Part shown: piece after piece, positions 9,293-20,223 of the stretch | How the letters are laid out: each line of letters starts with the position of its first letter | Numbering within the stretch: position 1 is the stretch's first letter | The notes under the pieces: generated by a model | Seen by the model: the letters and a program-made list of their open reading frames with translations, nothing else | Database searches by the model: none | What the model was told of the DNA's origin: nothing | Translations under genes and position numbers: made by a program | Assembly (NCBI GenBank): GCA_965200965.1 | Contig: OZ241744.1 | Span: 160,001-224,000 of the forward strand | DNA from: an uncultured Candidatus Binatia bacterium | GTDB taxonomy: Bacteria; Desulfobacterota; Binatia; Bin18 | Reading direction: 5' to 3' | DNA length: 64,000 bases

Positions 9293-10753
9293 TTATTTCT
9301 TGGGTTCGATATTCAGGCTGGTCATCTTCTTGCGCAACGTGTTGCGATTGATGCCGAGCAGCTCGGCCGCCCTGAGTTGATTCCCAGAGGTATGCTCCAG
9401 GGTCAACTCAATCAGGGGTTTTTCGACCTGGGCAAGAATGCCGTCGTATACATCGCCGGCCTCGAGCGAGGCGGGGTGTTGAAAATAGGCGCTCAGCTTG
9501 CGCCGGACAAGGTCTTCGAGAGACAACTCGGCAAAGTTTTCCGGGAGGCCAGGCGGGGCAGCCGGCAACGACAGGTCGGTCCGGGTCAACAAGCGCCCGG
9601 GGGCCAGAACGGCGGCCCGCAGCAGCGTATTTTCCAGTTCACGCACATTGCCCGGCCACGAGTGATGGACCAACATGGCCTCGGCCTCGGGCGTCACCCC
9701 GTTGACCCTGGTCCCCATCTCGCGGTTGATCTTTTCCAGAAAATAGGTGGTCAGGGCAGGAATATCCTCCCGCCGCTGACGCAGGGCGGGCAGGGTGATC
9801 GGCACTACCTGAAGGCGGAAGAAGAGGTCTTCACGAAAGCGCTGCTGTCTGACCGCCAGGGCGAGGTCCTGATTGCTCGCGGCAATGATCCGGGTATTGA
9901 CCTGAACTACATCGCGGCCGCCCAGCCGGGTGATTTCCCGTTCTTGCAAGACCCGCAGCAGTTTGGTCTGGAGGGCCGGCGGCATATCGGCCACTTCATC
10001 CAGAAACAGGGTGCCGTCGGTGGCCTGTTCAAACTTGCCGAGCCGCCGTTCAACCGCGCCGGTGAAGGCACCGCGTTCATGGCCAAAGAACTCACTTTCC
10101 AGCAGCTCGAGCGGAACAGCCGAACAGTTAATCCCGATAAACGGCGCACGCCAGCGGGGCGAGTGGTGGTGAATGACCCGGGCGACGAGTTCCTTGCCCG
10201 TACCGCTCTCGCCCTGCAACAGGACAGTGGCGTCGCTCTTCACAATCCGGCCGATCGTCTTATACACCTGCTGCATGGCCGGGCCGTGGCCAATCATATG
10301 TGCGGTGCGGCCCTCAACCGCGGCAGACGGCGGCGACGGCTGGCTGTCAGTCAGGCGGCTGACCTCCAGGGCGCGCATGACCAGGGCTTTGACTTCTTCG
10401 AGATCAAAGGGTTTGGTCAGGTAATCAAAGGCACCGCGCTTCATGGCCTCGATAGCGTTATCGAGGGTCGTCTGGCCGGTCATGATGATAATCGGGGGGT
10501 GGCGCGGTTGGTCTGCCTGCTGGGTCTGGAGCAGAATGTCGAGACCGCTGCGTTCCGGCATTCGGATGTCAAGCAGGGCCACGTCAAAAGCCTGGCTGGC
10601 CAGCGCCTCTGAGGCCCGCGCCCCGTTGTTGACCGTTTTGACCGTGTGTCCCTCGTCGCGCAGGGTGTCGGCCAATACGCGCCGGATGAGTTCTTCGTCG
10701 TCAGCAATAAGAATAGTGCCCGGCGGGGCCTCAAAGGGGGTGCTGTGTTGCAT
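9293..10753 (-). CDS. ntrC: Sigma54-dependent response regulator, NtrC
   Basis: Receiver domain (LLDIRMP), GESGTGKE, GAFTGA, C-terminal GNQLRAAELLGINRNTLRKK HTH. Confidence 0.88.
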   Translation of the reverse strand: MQHSTPFEAPPGTILIADDEELIRRVLADTLRDEGHTVKTVNNGARASEALASQAFDVALLDIRMPERSGLDILLQTQQADQPRHPPIIIMTGQTTLDNAIEAMKRGAFDYLTKPFDLEEVKALVMRALEVSRLTDSQPSPPSAAVEGRTAHMIGHGPAMQQVYKTIGRIVKSDATVLLQGESGTGKELVARVIHHHSPRWRAPFIGINCSAVPLELLESEFFGHERGAFTGAVERRLGKFEQATDGTLFLDEVADMPPALQTKLLRVLQEREITRLGGRDVVQVNTRIIAASNQDLALAVRQQRFREDLFFRLQVVPITLPALRQRREDIPALTTYFLEKINREMGTRVNGVTPEAEAMLVHHSWPGNVRELENTLLRAAVLAPGRLLTRTDLSLPAAPPGLPENFAELSLEDLVRRKLSAYFQHPASLEAGDVYDGILAQVEKPLIELTLEHTSGNQLRAAELLGINRNTLRKKMTSLNIEPKK

Positions 10754-10759
10754 GGCGGC

Positions 10760-11908
10760 TCACGACCGGGGGTGGGGGCTGATGGGGAGATAGACCTGGA
10801 AGTGCGCGCCGTGGCCGAACTCGCTTTCGACCCGGATGGTGCCGCCGTGCTGGGCGATAATCCGTTGGCTGACGGGCAGTCCTAAGCCCGTGCCTTGGCT
10901 TTTGGTGGTGAAGAAGGGGGTGAAGAGTTGGGGCAGATGCTCGGCGGCAATGCCCGGCCCGTTATCGCTGAAGTCGATTGACAGGAAGCGACCCTGCCGC
11001 GCCCGGTCGTTGCGCTCGCCGCGTAACAGGTGGAAGTCGGTCGCCATGCGGGTTGACAGGGTCAGGCTGCCGTGGCGGCAGCCGTTGAGGGCCTGGAGGC
11101 TGTTCTTGATGAGATTGCGAAAGACCTGGGCCAGCGCCGCTTCGTCTCCCAGCACATCCGGCAAACTGGGGTCAAAGTGGGTCTGGATTACAATCTCGGG
11201 CGACACAGCCGCGCGTTCGAGCAGCAGCACATCGCTCAGGACCTTATGGACATTGATCGGTTGCAGGGCAAAGCGGAGTGGGGCGGCCAAGTGCAGGAGC
11301 TGTTCCAACAGCCTGCTCAGGCGGTCAATTTCTCGAATCATGACCGTGGTATACTCCTGCGCACTGTGGCCTGCTGACGGGCCGCTGAGCCGGCTGTGCA
11401 GGAGTTGAGCCGTTCCCCGGATACCAGCCAGGGGGTTTTTGATCTCATGCGCCAGCCCGGCGACGACCACCCCCAGTTGGGCCAGGTGGTCGGCGCGGCG
11501 TTCTTCTTCGGCCAGCTCTTTCTGGTAGCGCAAATCGTGCAGGACGAGGCTCAGACCCAGCAGCCGTGTTGTGTCGCTAAAGATCGGCGAACAGGTTGCC
11601 CGGGCCGGGGTCAAGCGCTGCCGGCGACTGGTGATGATCCCTTCGCTGGCGGTTGGGCTGTAGGCCGAATGCAGCGTCCGCTCAATAATATCGACGATCC
11701 AGGCGTTGGCGGCAAAGACTTGGCTGTAGGGCAGGTGGCCGGCCTGGGCCGGCGACTGGCCGATGAGGGTTGCCGCGGTCGGGTTGAGAAAGGCAACCCG
11801 CCGGTCTTGATCAATGACAACAATGCCCTCTTCAAGGCTGGCCAGGATGTGCTCCCAGGCGTTGGCAGGAAAGGCTGGCTGAGACATGGGGGGTGGCCGT
11901 GAGTCCAT
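10760..11908 (-). CDS. ntrB: PAS-domain histidine kinase, NtrB
   Basis: PAS domain, AHEIKNPLAGIRGTAQLL H-box, DNGPG, FFTTK, GTGLGL; upstream of ntrC. Confidence 0.88.
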   Translation of the reverse strand: MDSRPPPMSQPAFPANAWEHILASLEEGIVVIDQDRRVAFLNPTAATLIGQSPAQAGHLPYSQVFAANAWIVDIIERTLHSAYSPTASEGIITSRRQRLTPARATCSPIFSDTTRLLGLSLVLHDLRYQKELAEEERRADHLAQLGVVVAGLAHEIKNPLAGIRGTAQLLHSRLSGPSAGHSAQEYTTVMIREIDRLSRLLEQLLHLAAPLRFALQPINVHKVLSDVLLLERAAVSPEIVIQTHFDPSLPDVLGDEAALAQVFRNLIKNSLQALNGCRHGSLTLSTRMATDFHLLRGERNDRARQGRFLSIDFSDNGPGIAAEHLPQLFTPFFTTKSQGTGLGLPVSQRIIAQHGGTIRVESEFGHGAHFQVYLPISPHPRS

Positions 11909-11988
11909 CGGACCTCTCATCGCAAACGGCAGTTTTATTGTCAAGGTGGGCTTGCCAAAGCGTCGTGCCGGCGGATATGGAAGGGGCT

Positions 11989-12264
11989 ATGCGCTATTCC
12001 GAAGCCGAGTGCCGGGCGGCAGCCGAAGCCCTGGTGAGCAGGCTGAGCGACAAGGACCTGATCCAACTTCGGACCGGGCCGCGGCACGGTGTTGAGAAGC
12101 TGGCCCAAGCCTTGCTTGACAATTTCCGCCAGGAAGAGGAATTGCGACGCGAAGCCGAGCGGCTGGCCGAGGCGCATATGCCGGCCGGTCAGGCGGTAGA
12201 CCGCCACAAGGTCGTCCAGATGATTACCCAACGCTTGGCCGAAGAGCGCAACTTCGTCTTATGA
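11989..12264 (+). CDS. DUF507-like protein
   Basis: C-terminal RLAEERNFVL pattern; paired with a second similar gene; RBS GGAAGGGG. Confidence 0.65.
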   Translation: MRYSEAECRAAAEALVSRLSDKDLIQLRTGPRHGVEKLAQALLDNFRQEEELRREAERLAEAHMPAGQAVDRHKVVQMITQRLAEERNFVL

Positions 12265-12530
12265 GCCGTGTATCCGACAATCGTATTGCGGCCCTGGCCC
12301 GGCTGACGCTCCGGGTCCTGGCCAGTCAGGGCCGGCTGACCAACGAGCGGACCGCCCTGGCCGAGAGTAAGCGTGTGCTGGCCGAACACTTCCAGATTGA
12401 CGATAAAATCGACGCGCTGGTGCGGCGCAAAATCGCCTCGCTGTCGCGACGGATTGTGCCAGGCAGCGCCGAATGGAGCGTGTTGTACCGCCGCTACTTT
12501 GAGGAGGAGCGACGCAAGCGCAAATTCTGA
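12261..12530 (+). CDS. DUF507 family protein
   Basis: VRRKIASLSRRIVPGSAEWSVLYRRYFEEE motif; ATGA overlap with the previous gene. Confidence 0.78.
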   Translation: MSRVSDNRIAALARLTLRVLASQGRLTNERTALAESKRVLAEHFQIDDKIDALVRRKIASLSRRIVPGSAEWSVLYRRYFEEERRKRKF

Positions 12531-12540
12531 AGGCTGTTGC

Positions 12541-12568
12541 TTGACAAGCGCGCCAGAGTGATTAAGTT
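12541..12568 (+). promoter_or_regulatory. Putative sigma70-type promoter of groESL
   Basis: TTGACA (12541-12546), 16-nt spacer, TAAGTT (12563-12568). Confidence 0.4.
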
Positions 12569-12646
12569 GCCGGAGATTCTACCGCGGGGCCTCAGCCCCG
12601 TGCGCTTACGACAACAATTATCCTCAGAGAAGAAAGGAGAGGAGGC

Positions 12647-12934
12647 ATGAAAATTCGACCCTTACAGGATCGGATCATCGTAAAACGGATGGAAGAAGAG
12701 GAGAAGACCGCGGGCGGTATCATTATTCCTGACACGGCCAAAGAGAAGCCCCAGGAGGGCAAAGTCATTGCCGTGGGCAAGGGCAAGGTCGGGGAAGACG
12801 GTAAGGTGCAGCCCTTGGACGTGAAACCCGGTGACAAGGTCCTCTTCGGCAAATACGCGGGGACCGAGATCAAACTCGAAGGTGAAGAACACCTGATCAT
12901 GCGGGAAGACGATCTTCTCGGCGTGGTTGAATAG
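12647..12934 (+). CDS. groES: Co-chaperonin GroES
   Basis: [24 protein letters not shown]. Confidence 0.99.
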   Translation: MKIRPLQDRIIVKRMEEEEKTAGGIIIPDTAKEKPQEGKVIAVGKGKVGEDGKVQPLDVKPGDKVLFGKYAGTEIKLEGEEHLIMREDDLLGVVE

Positions 12935-14611
<1,677 letters not shown>

Positions 14612-14637
14612 GCCCTTGTGTGTCACCCCGACAATGC

Positions 14638-14675
14638 ACAACGGCCCTGCTCGGATTTCCGGGCGGGGCCGTTGT
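14638..14675. terminator. Hairpin between convergent groEL and npdG, probable bidirectional terminator
   Basis: ACAACGGCCCTGCTCGG-ATTT-CCGGGCGGGGCCGTTGT, 17-bp stem with G-U pairs. Confidence 0.65.
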
Positions 14676-14696
14676 CGCATCTGGAGCTTGGCGCGC

Positions 14697-15353
14697 TCAG
14701 GCGCTCGGCAGGCCGGTGATCCGAATGCCGGCCGAGTGGACTTTGTTGCGGATATTGAGGCGAATCAGCAGGGCGGTGATAGGCTCAATCAGGCTCGCCG
14801 CTTCCAGAGGACCGACATCAACCGCGTTGATATTGAGCTTGGCGATCAGTTCGATCACGCGCAGCCGGGCTTCTTTGGGCGAGCCGCACACCAGCACATC
14901 ACAGTCAATCTCGGCCTTGACATCGCGCAGCAGATGGGCCGAGATGTTCTGGAGAGCGCACACCACGCTGACCTGCTCGCCCAGGATGTCCCGCGCCTCC
15001 TCGGAGGCCGAGCCGGCCGCTGGCATAATGACCCGCCGGCCATTATCCGGGTCAAGCGGAACAGACACATCGACAAATATCTTGCCCTGGAGCTGGTCTT
15101 TGACGCTCTCCAGGGTGGGGATGTGGGCGGAGTACGGAACGGTCAGGACAACGATATCGGCCGCGGCCGCGGCACGCGGATTGTCCGTGCCGACCAGGAG
15201 CGGTCGGCCCAGCTCCTGGTTAAGTTCGGCCGCCACCCGTTCGCCCTTCTCCTTTTGCCGCGAGCCGATAATGACCTCCTCACCGGCCAGCGCCCAGCGG
15301 AGCGCCAGCCCCGGTCCCTGTTCGCCGGTCCCGCCTACAATCGCAATTTTCAC
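14697..15353 (-). CDS. npdG: NADPH-dependent F420 reductase (F420H2:NADP+ oxidoreductase)
   Basis: MKIAIVGGTGEQGPGLALRW, IIGSR, GSASEE, NISAHLL, SAGIRITG. Confidence 0.92.
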   Translation of the reverse strand: MKIAIVGGTGEQGPGLALRWALAGEEVIIGSRQKEKGERVAAELNQELGRPLLVGTDNPRAAAAADIVVLTVPYSAHIPTLESVKDQLQGKIFVDVSVPLDPDNGRRVIMPAAGSASEEARDILGEQVSVVCALQNISAHLLRDVKAEIDCDVLVCGSPKEARLRVIELIAKLNINAVDVGPLEAASLIEPITALLIRLNIRNKVHSAGIRITGLPSA

Positions 15354-15373
15354 CCTTGTCGCTCCTTCCAGAC

Positions 15374-16276
15374 TCAGTCAAAAAACTCTTCCACATTGCC
15401 CGACACGACCGGAATAGTCTGCACCGCGTTGTTGCGAAAAATACGGAACAGAACCGTCTCACCCGCCGGTCGGCTCCACAGCTGTTGATAAAAGGCCGGG
15501 CGGTCCGAGATTTTCTGGTTGTCTATGGCCAGCACCACATCGCCGGCCTTCAGACCGGCCGTATCACCCGGTCCGCCGGGCAGAATCCCCGCCACCACCA
15601 GATGGTTGCGCAGGGTATGTGAGTACAGGCCGATCCAGGCGCGGGATGGGCGGGTGATGCGGCGGCCGTAGCGGAGCAGCTCGTCCCGATGGTCTTGAAA
15701 GTTTTCGACCGGAATGGCCAGGGAGAACTTCCCGACTTCGTTGAGATTCAGCGACACGACGCCGGTCATCCTGCCGTGCATGTCGAACATCGGGCCGCCA
15801 CCCAGGCCGGGATTCATGGCCGTGCTGATCAGCGCCCGGTCAAGCGAGTACTCCCAGTAGGCGTCAAACGGTGAGACCGAGGTCAGACCGCCGCCGCTGA
15901 CCCGCCGCCCGTTTTCCTGACCAGAGCCGGCGGCGATGAACACCTCGTCACCGGGCTTCAACTCCTGGGAAGAACGCAGCGGCACGGCCGGAAAGCCGCT
16001 GCTCGGAATTTTGATCACGCCCATGCCGCTGGCAAAGTCCTGGGCGACCACCTCGGCGTCCGCCTGGCTGTTGTCGAACAGGCTGACTTTGACCGTACTG
16101 GCCCCAATGATGATGTAGTTGACCGTGAGGATGTAGCCGTTTGGATCGACAATGGTCCCCGAGCCCATGCGTTCCGGGCCGAGAAGCGGGGCGGAGTGGT
16201 GGTGCTGGGGGACGGTGACATGGATACTCACCGTCGAAGGCACTACCTGTTCAATGAGCTTCACGGAGGCGTTCAC
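15374..16276 (-). CDS. S1C/HtrA-like trypsin-fold + PDZ protein with degenerate catalytic residues
   Basis: GSGTIV..GYILTVNY, MNPGLGGGP, PDZ AGLKAGDVV; GTG start 16276 after GGGAGG. Confidence 0.8.
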   Translation of the reverse strand: MNASVKLIEQVVPSTVSIHVTVPQHHHSAPLLGPERMGSGTIVDPNGYILTVNYIIIGASTVKVSLFDNSQADAEVVAQDFASGMGVIKIPSSGFPAVPLRSSQELKPGDEVFIAAGSGQENGRRVSGGGLTSVSPFDAYWEYSLDRALISTAMNPGLGGGPMFDMHGRMTGVVSLNLNEVGKFSLAIPVENFQDHRDELLRYGRRITRPSRAWIGLYSHTLRNHLVVAGILPGGPGDTAGLKAGDVVLAIDNQKISDRPAFYQQLWSRPAGETVLFRIFRNNAVQTIPVVSGNVEEFFD

Positions 16277-16502
16277 TCTTCCTCCCTCACACAAGAGATT
16301 CATCAAGCCTAATGCCTGATCGAGCGAAGCGCAACCCCTGGACCGGCCCAGAGCGGATGTGGTATAGGGGGGCTGCGGGTTGGCCGCCGGGGAGTGGCGG
16401 ACCGGGTTCCGGATGCCCTTCCACCGCTCTTTTTTGGCCGGTTGGCAGCTTGGGCCGAATCTTATACGCTCTCGCCCCAACTGCTGAGACGAGAGACCGG
16501 GT

Positions 16503-18686
16503 ATGAGCACACCACATCCCGAGCGTGCCGGGCGCACGCTTTCTGAGTATAACTCCAAACAGCTTTTAGCCGGCTATGGGGTGTCCGTTCCCCAGGAGAC
16601 GCTGGTTGAGAGTCCTCAGGCCGCGGTTGAGGCGGCCAGCCGTATCGGTTTTCCGGTTGTGGTCAAGCTGTGTGGCGACCGGATCGCTCACAAAACCGAG
16701 CGAGACCTGGTCCGCCTGGGGCTGTCCGACGCCGAGGCGGTCCACCGGGCCGCCACCCAGTTGTGGCAGCGGCGTCAGCCCGAAGACGGCGATGTTGGCC
16801 TGCTGGTGACCGAGATGGTTCATGGCCGACGGGAGCTGATTGCCGGGATGATCCATGACCCGCAGTTCGGGGCGTGTGTCCTGGTTGGTCTGGGCGGTAT
16901 TCTGGCCGAAGCGGTCGGAGATGTGGCCTTTGGCTTGGCTCCGCTGGAGCCGGCCGAGGCGCTGCGCATGGCCGAGGCGCTCCAGACCCGCCGCCTGCTG
17001 CAGTCCTTCCGGGGCGAGCCAGCCCTCGATATGGATGCCTTGGCCGTCGCCCTGGTCGGCCTCGGACGGCTGGCGGCTGAGCGTCCAGATATTCACAGTG
17101 TTGATGTGAATCCTGTTATTGTGGCGGGGGGCAAACCGGTTGCGGTTGACGCGCTGGTCGAACTCGGCGCACCGCACCCCGTCCCGCCTGTCCCGCCCGC
17201 CCGTCGGCCCGAGGAGATACTGGAACGTTTTCGTCCCCTGTTCCATCCGCGCGGGATTGTGCTTGCCGGGGCTTCGAGCCACCCCGGCAAATTTGGCTTT
17301 GTGTCGCTGCACAATCTGCGCCGCTTCGGTTATACGGGCGATATTTTCCCGGTCAATCGGGACGGAGCGGAGATTCTCGGCACGCCGACCTATCGGGATA
17401 TTGCCGAGATTCCACCCGGCAAAGCCGACCTGGTGTTTGTGTGTACGCCGGTTGGGGCCAATGTCGGCCTGCTGCGGGCCTGCGCACAACGCGGCGTTCG
17501 GGCGGCATTTGTGGCCAGCGGCGGCTACCGCGAGGCCGGCCCGCAGGGACGCCGCTTAGAAGACGAGTTGGTGGCAACTGCTAATGAGCTGGGTATGGTC
17601 CTGGCCGGACCCAACGGCCAGGGTGTGATCTCAACCTCGGTGTCGATGTGCGCCCAGATTGTCGCCCCCTATCCCCCTGCGGGGCGGATTGCGGTGGTCA
17701 GCCAGAGCGGGAACCTGCTGTCGTCCTTCCTCAACTACTCGGTCCAGACCGGGGTGGGGGTGAGTAAAGCGATTTCGGTTGGCAACTCGGCCCAGACGAA
17801 TATCGCCGATTACCTGGAGTATTTTGCCGCTGACCCCGAGACGGATGTAGTGCTGGCTTATCTGGAAGGCATTCCTGACGGGCACGGCTTTGTCCAGGCC
17901 GTGCAAAAACTGACCCCCACCAAGCCCCTGGTTGTGCTCAAAGGGGGGGTAGCGACGGCCGGTCAGCGGGCAGCCCTGTCCCATACCGGCTCGCTGGCTA
18001 CCGACGACCGCGTGTTCCAAGGCGTGTGCCGTCAACTCGGCATTCTGCGTGCCCCGAGCGTTGAGCACGCCTTTGAATGGGCGGCCAGCTTGGCCACCCA
18101 GCCGTTGCCGGCCGGCCGGCGGGTGATCGTGTTTACCACGGTTGGCGGCTGGGGGGTGCTGACGGCCGATGCCTGCACCCAGGCCGGGCTGGAGCTGATT
18201 GCCCTGCCCGAGGAGATTGAAGCCAGGATCAGCAGCATGGTGCCGGACCGCTGGAGTCGGAATAATCCGATCGATCTGGCCGGCGGAGAAACCCGCGATA
18301 CCGTTCCCGAGATTCTTGATCTGCTGTGCGGCCATCCCGATGTTGATGCGGTCTTGCAGTTGGGCTTGGGCATACAGGGTGCTACCGCCAATCTGTTTCA
18401 GACCGGCCAGTTCTACCCCGGCCACGGCCTGGACCGCATGGCCGATTTTCACCAACGCCAGGAACGGCGCTATGCCCAGGCCGCGGCCGCGGCCTCACAG
18501 CGCCACGCCAAGCCAGTGCTGAGCACGACCGAACTGGTCTATACCGACCGGGACTACGCCAACGCCGGCCCGCTGGCCGTGCGCGAAACAGGCCGGGTGT
18601 GCTACCCCAGCGCCCATCGAGCCGTTGCCGCCCTTGGCGCGCTGGTGGAGTACGCGCGGTTTCGTCGGCAGGTTGTTGCCCTGTGA
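16503..18686 (+). CDS. Acyl/acetate-CoA ligase (ADP-forming), ATP-grasp domain N-terminal and CoA-binding domains C-terminal
   Basis: LSEYNSKQLL, GFPVVVK, HKTE, DVNP..AVDAL, then GAS..PGKFG, GPNGQG, SQSG, SHTGSLA, NPIDL. Confidence 0.9.
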   Translation: MSTPHPERAGRTLSEYNSKQLLAGYGVSVPQETLVESPQAAVEAASRIGFPVVVKLCGDRIAHKTERDLVRLGLSDAEAVHRAATQLWQRRQPEDGDVGLLVTEMVHGRRELIAGMIHDPQFGACVLVGLGGILAEAVGDVAFGLAPLEPAEALRMAEALQTRRLLQSFRGEPALDMDALAVALVGLGRLAAERPDIHSVDVNPVIVAGGKPVAVDALVELGAPHPVPPVPPARRPEEILERFRPLFHPRGIVLAGASSHPGKFGFVSLHNLRRFGYTGDIFPVNRDGAEILGTPTYRDIAEIPPGKADLVFVCTPVGANVGLLRACAQRGVRAAFVASGGYREAGPQGRRLEDELVATANELGMVLAGPNGQGVISTSVSMCAQIVAPYPPAGRIAVVSQSGNLLSSFLNYSVQTGVGVSKAISVGNSAQTNIADYLEYFAADPETDVVLAYLEGIPDGHGFVQAVQKLTPTKPLVVLKGGVATAGQRAALSHTGSLATDDRVFQGVCRQLGILRAPSVEHAFEWAASLATQPLPAGRRVIVFTTVGGWGVLTADACTQAGLELIALPEEIEARISSMVPDRWSRNNPIDLAGGETRDTVPEILDLLCGHPDVDAVLQLGLGIQGATANLFQTGQFYPGHGLDRMADFHQRQERRYAQAAAAASQRHAKPVLSTTELVYTDRDYANAGPLAVRETGRVCYPSAHRAVAALGALVEYARFRRQVVAL

Positions 18687-18789
18687 TAGAAAACAGGCTA
18701 AGGATTTGGTGCTGTCCTCTCGGCTCTTGTCCGGTGGCTGAGGAGGGGGTATAAGGCCGTTTTGACAGGGGACCCGTGAGTTGTCTGAA

Positions 18790-19191
18790 ATGGATGCGAC
18801 TGCATACAAGGACATCAAAAGCAGGCTCCAGCATCTGTATACAGATGACGACCGCCCGTGGTTGGTGGGGTTCAGTGGCGGGAAGGACAGCACCCTTGTT
18901 GCTGCCCTCATCTTCGAGATCGTTCTCTCGCTTCCTGTGGAAAAACGGAGAAAGCCCATCTCTATCGTCTGCACAGATACCCGCGTCGAGATTCCTGCCA
19001 TCGTCGAAATGACAGAAGGAACCTTGCGGAAGATGCGTGCGTATTCTGAAAAGAACGGGCTCGGTATAGATGTGCATCTCCTGAGACCTCCTGCTGACCA
19101 GTCGTTCTGGGTCAACATCATTGGGCGTGGGTATCCTCCAATTTTGCTGAACTTGCGGAATGCGGAGTACACTTCTCGCCTCACACCTTAA
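18790..19191 (+). pseudogene. dndC: Truncated DndC (DNA phosphorothioation sulfurtransferase, PAPS-reductase family), N-terminal fragment
   Basis: RPWLVGFSGGKDST, TDTRVEIP, SFWVNIIGRGYPP, then loss of similarity before the expected RWCT motif; visibly AT-richer than flanks. Confidence 0.8.
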
Positions 19192-19385
19192 CGGCATCAA
19201 AACAACGAAGAATTCTCGGAAGAACTCTTGGCCGTGAACTTCAGAAAGCCGAAGCTGCGCTACGTTTGCAAGGCAGCTTAGTTGTCGGGCCGGCAAGGCA
19301 ATTCTGGCGTGACAAAGGGAATGAGTGAAGATTGATAGACGGTGAAAAGCAGGCCGAGGCGTCTCGGCCCTTGCAGTGCTGTGTG

Positions 19386-19895
19386 TCACGATGGAAAATC
19401 GGCCAAGTCGGCAGAGGCGATCCTGCCCGGCTCCAGCCACGCCCGGACCGCCAGCACGACGATGCTGGCCATGCCCCAGCTCAGGCCGACCACAACCCCG
19501 CAGTCAAGAATGCCGCGCCACGGCTGGCTGATGTAGCGAAAGACGACGATCAGCCCGACAATGCCAAGGGTCAGGGTGTAGATGGACAGGAGCCGGCGGC
19601 GGGTAGCGTGAAAATAGCCCATACAGAACAGCGGGGCCAGCAGCAGGCGCAGGAAGGACGGACGCTCACGCAGCACCCGGGCGCGGGCAACCACGCGCGG
19701 GGCAAAGGATTTCTGGAATCCCATATAGCCCTCTGAGTGGGCCATAAAGGCCGTGTTGAGGATGAGCAGGCTCCAATGACGCCAGTCCCAGGCGTGGCCA
19801 AACGCTTCGATTGACCGGCCCAGGAGGTGAACAACCGCGTAGGCCAGCATGGCCATAATGCCACCCAGCCCCCAAAGACTTCCTAGACGAGCCAA
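19386..19895 (-). CDS. Integral membrane protein, hypothetical
   Basis: Four hydrophobic segments; SEGYMGFQKSFAPRV and PWRGILDCGVVVGL look like conserved motifs. Confidence 0.7.
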   Translation of the reverse strand: MARLGSLWGLGGIMAMLAYAVVHLLGRSIEAFGHAWDWRHWSLLILNTAFMAHSEGYMGFQKSFAPRVVARARVLRERPSFLRLLLAPLFCMGYFHATRRRLLSIYTLTLGIVGLIVVFRYISQPWRGILDCGVVVGLSWGMASIVVLAVRAWLEPGRIASADLADFPS

Positions 19896-20223
19896 TCAGC
19901 CCCCTTCCCATCCATTTTTCCGTCCTCCCTGTGCTACCGATATCGCCCGCCTGTGGCAAGCCGCCAGACCCCTGTGACACGCAGCCGAGCGGTGACAAGG
20001 CTGCGCGGGTGCGCTGCAACCAGCTTGGCGCGGCACTCTTGACTGAGCGCCTGCCGGATGTTTACGGTCGGCCAGGACTGCACCCCAGCAAACGAGAGTG
20101 TTATGCGGGTGATTGGCGGGGCGCGCTGTTGCCAGGCTATGCTGCTGATGGACGGGGTGGTGCGGGCTATGTATCGGCAGGCCGAGCCGCAGCCCTTAGC
20201 ACCCGAGTGGGGAGGCGTACCGG

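Noticed and set aside
11945-11988. Sigma54 promoter for ntrB (CGGCACGACGCTTTG on the minus strand)
   Set aside because: Lacks the invariant GC at -12
12530-12646. CIRCE element upstream of groES
   Set aside because: No acceptable match to TTAGCACTC-N9-GAGTGCTAA
19896-20223. Riboswitch or ncRNA in the ~330-bp divergent intergenic region
   Set aside because: No recognisable aptamer motif or terminator seen
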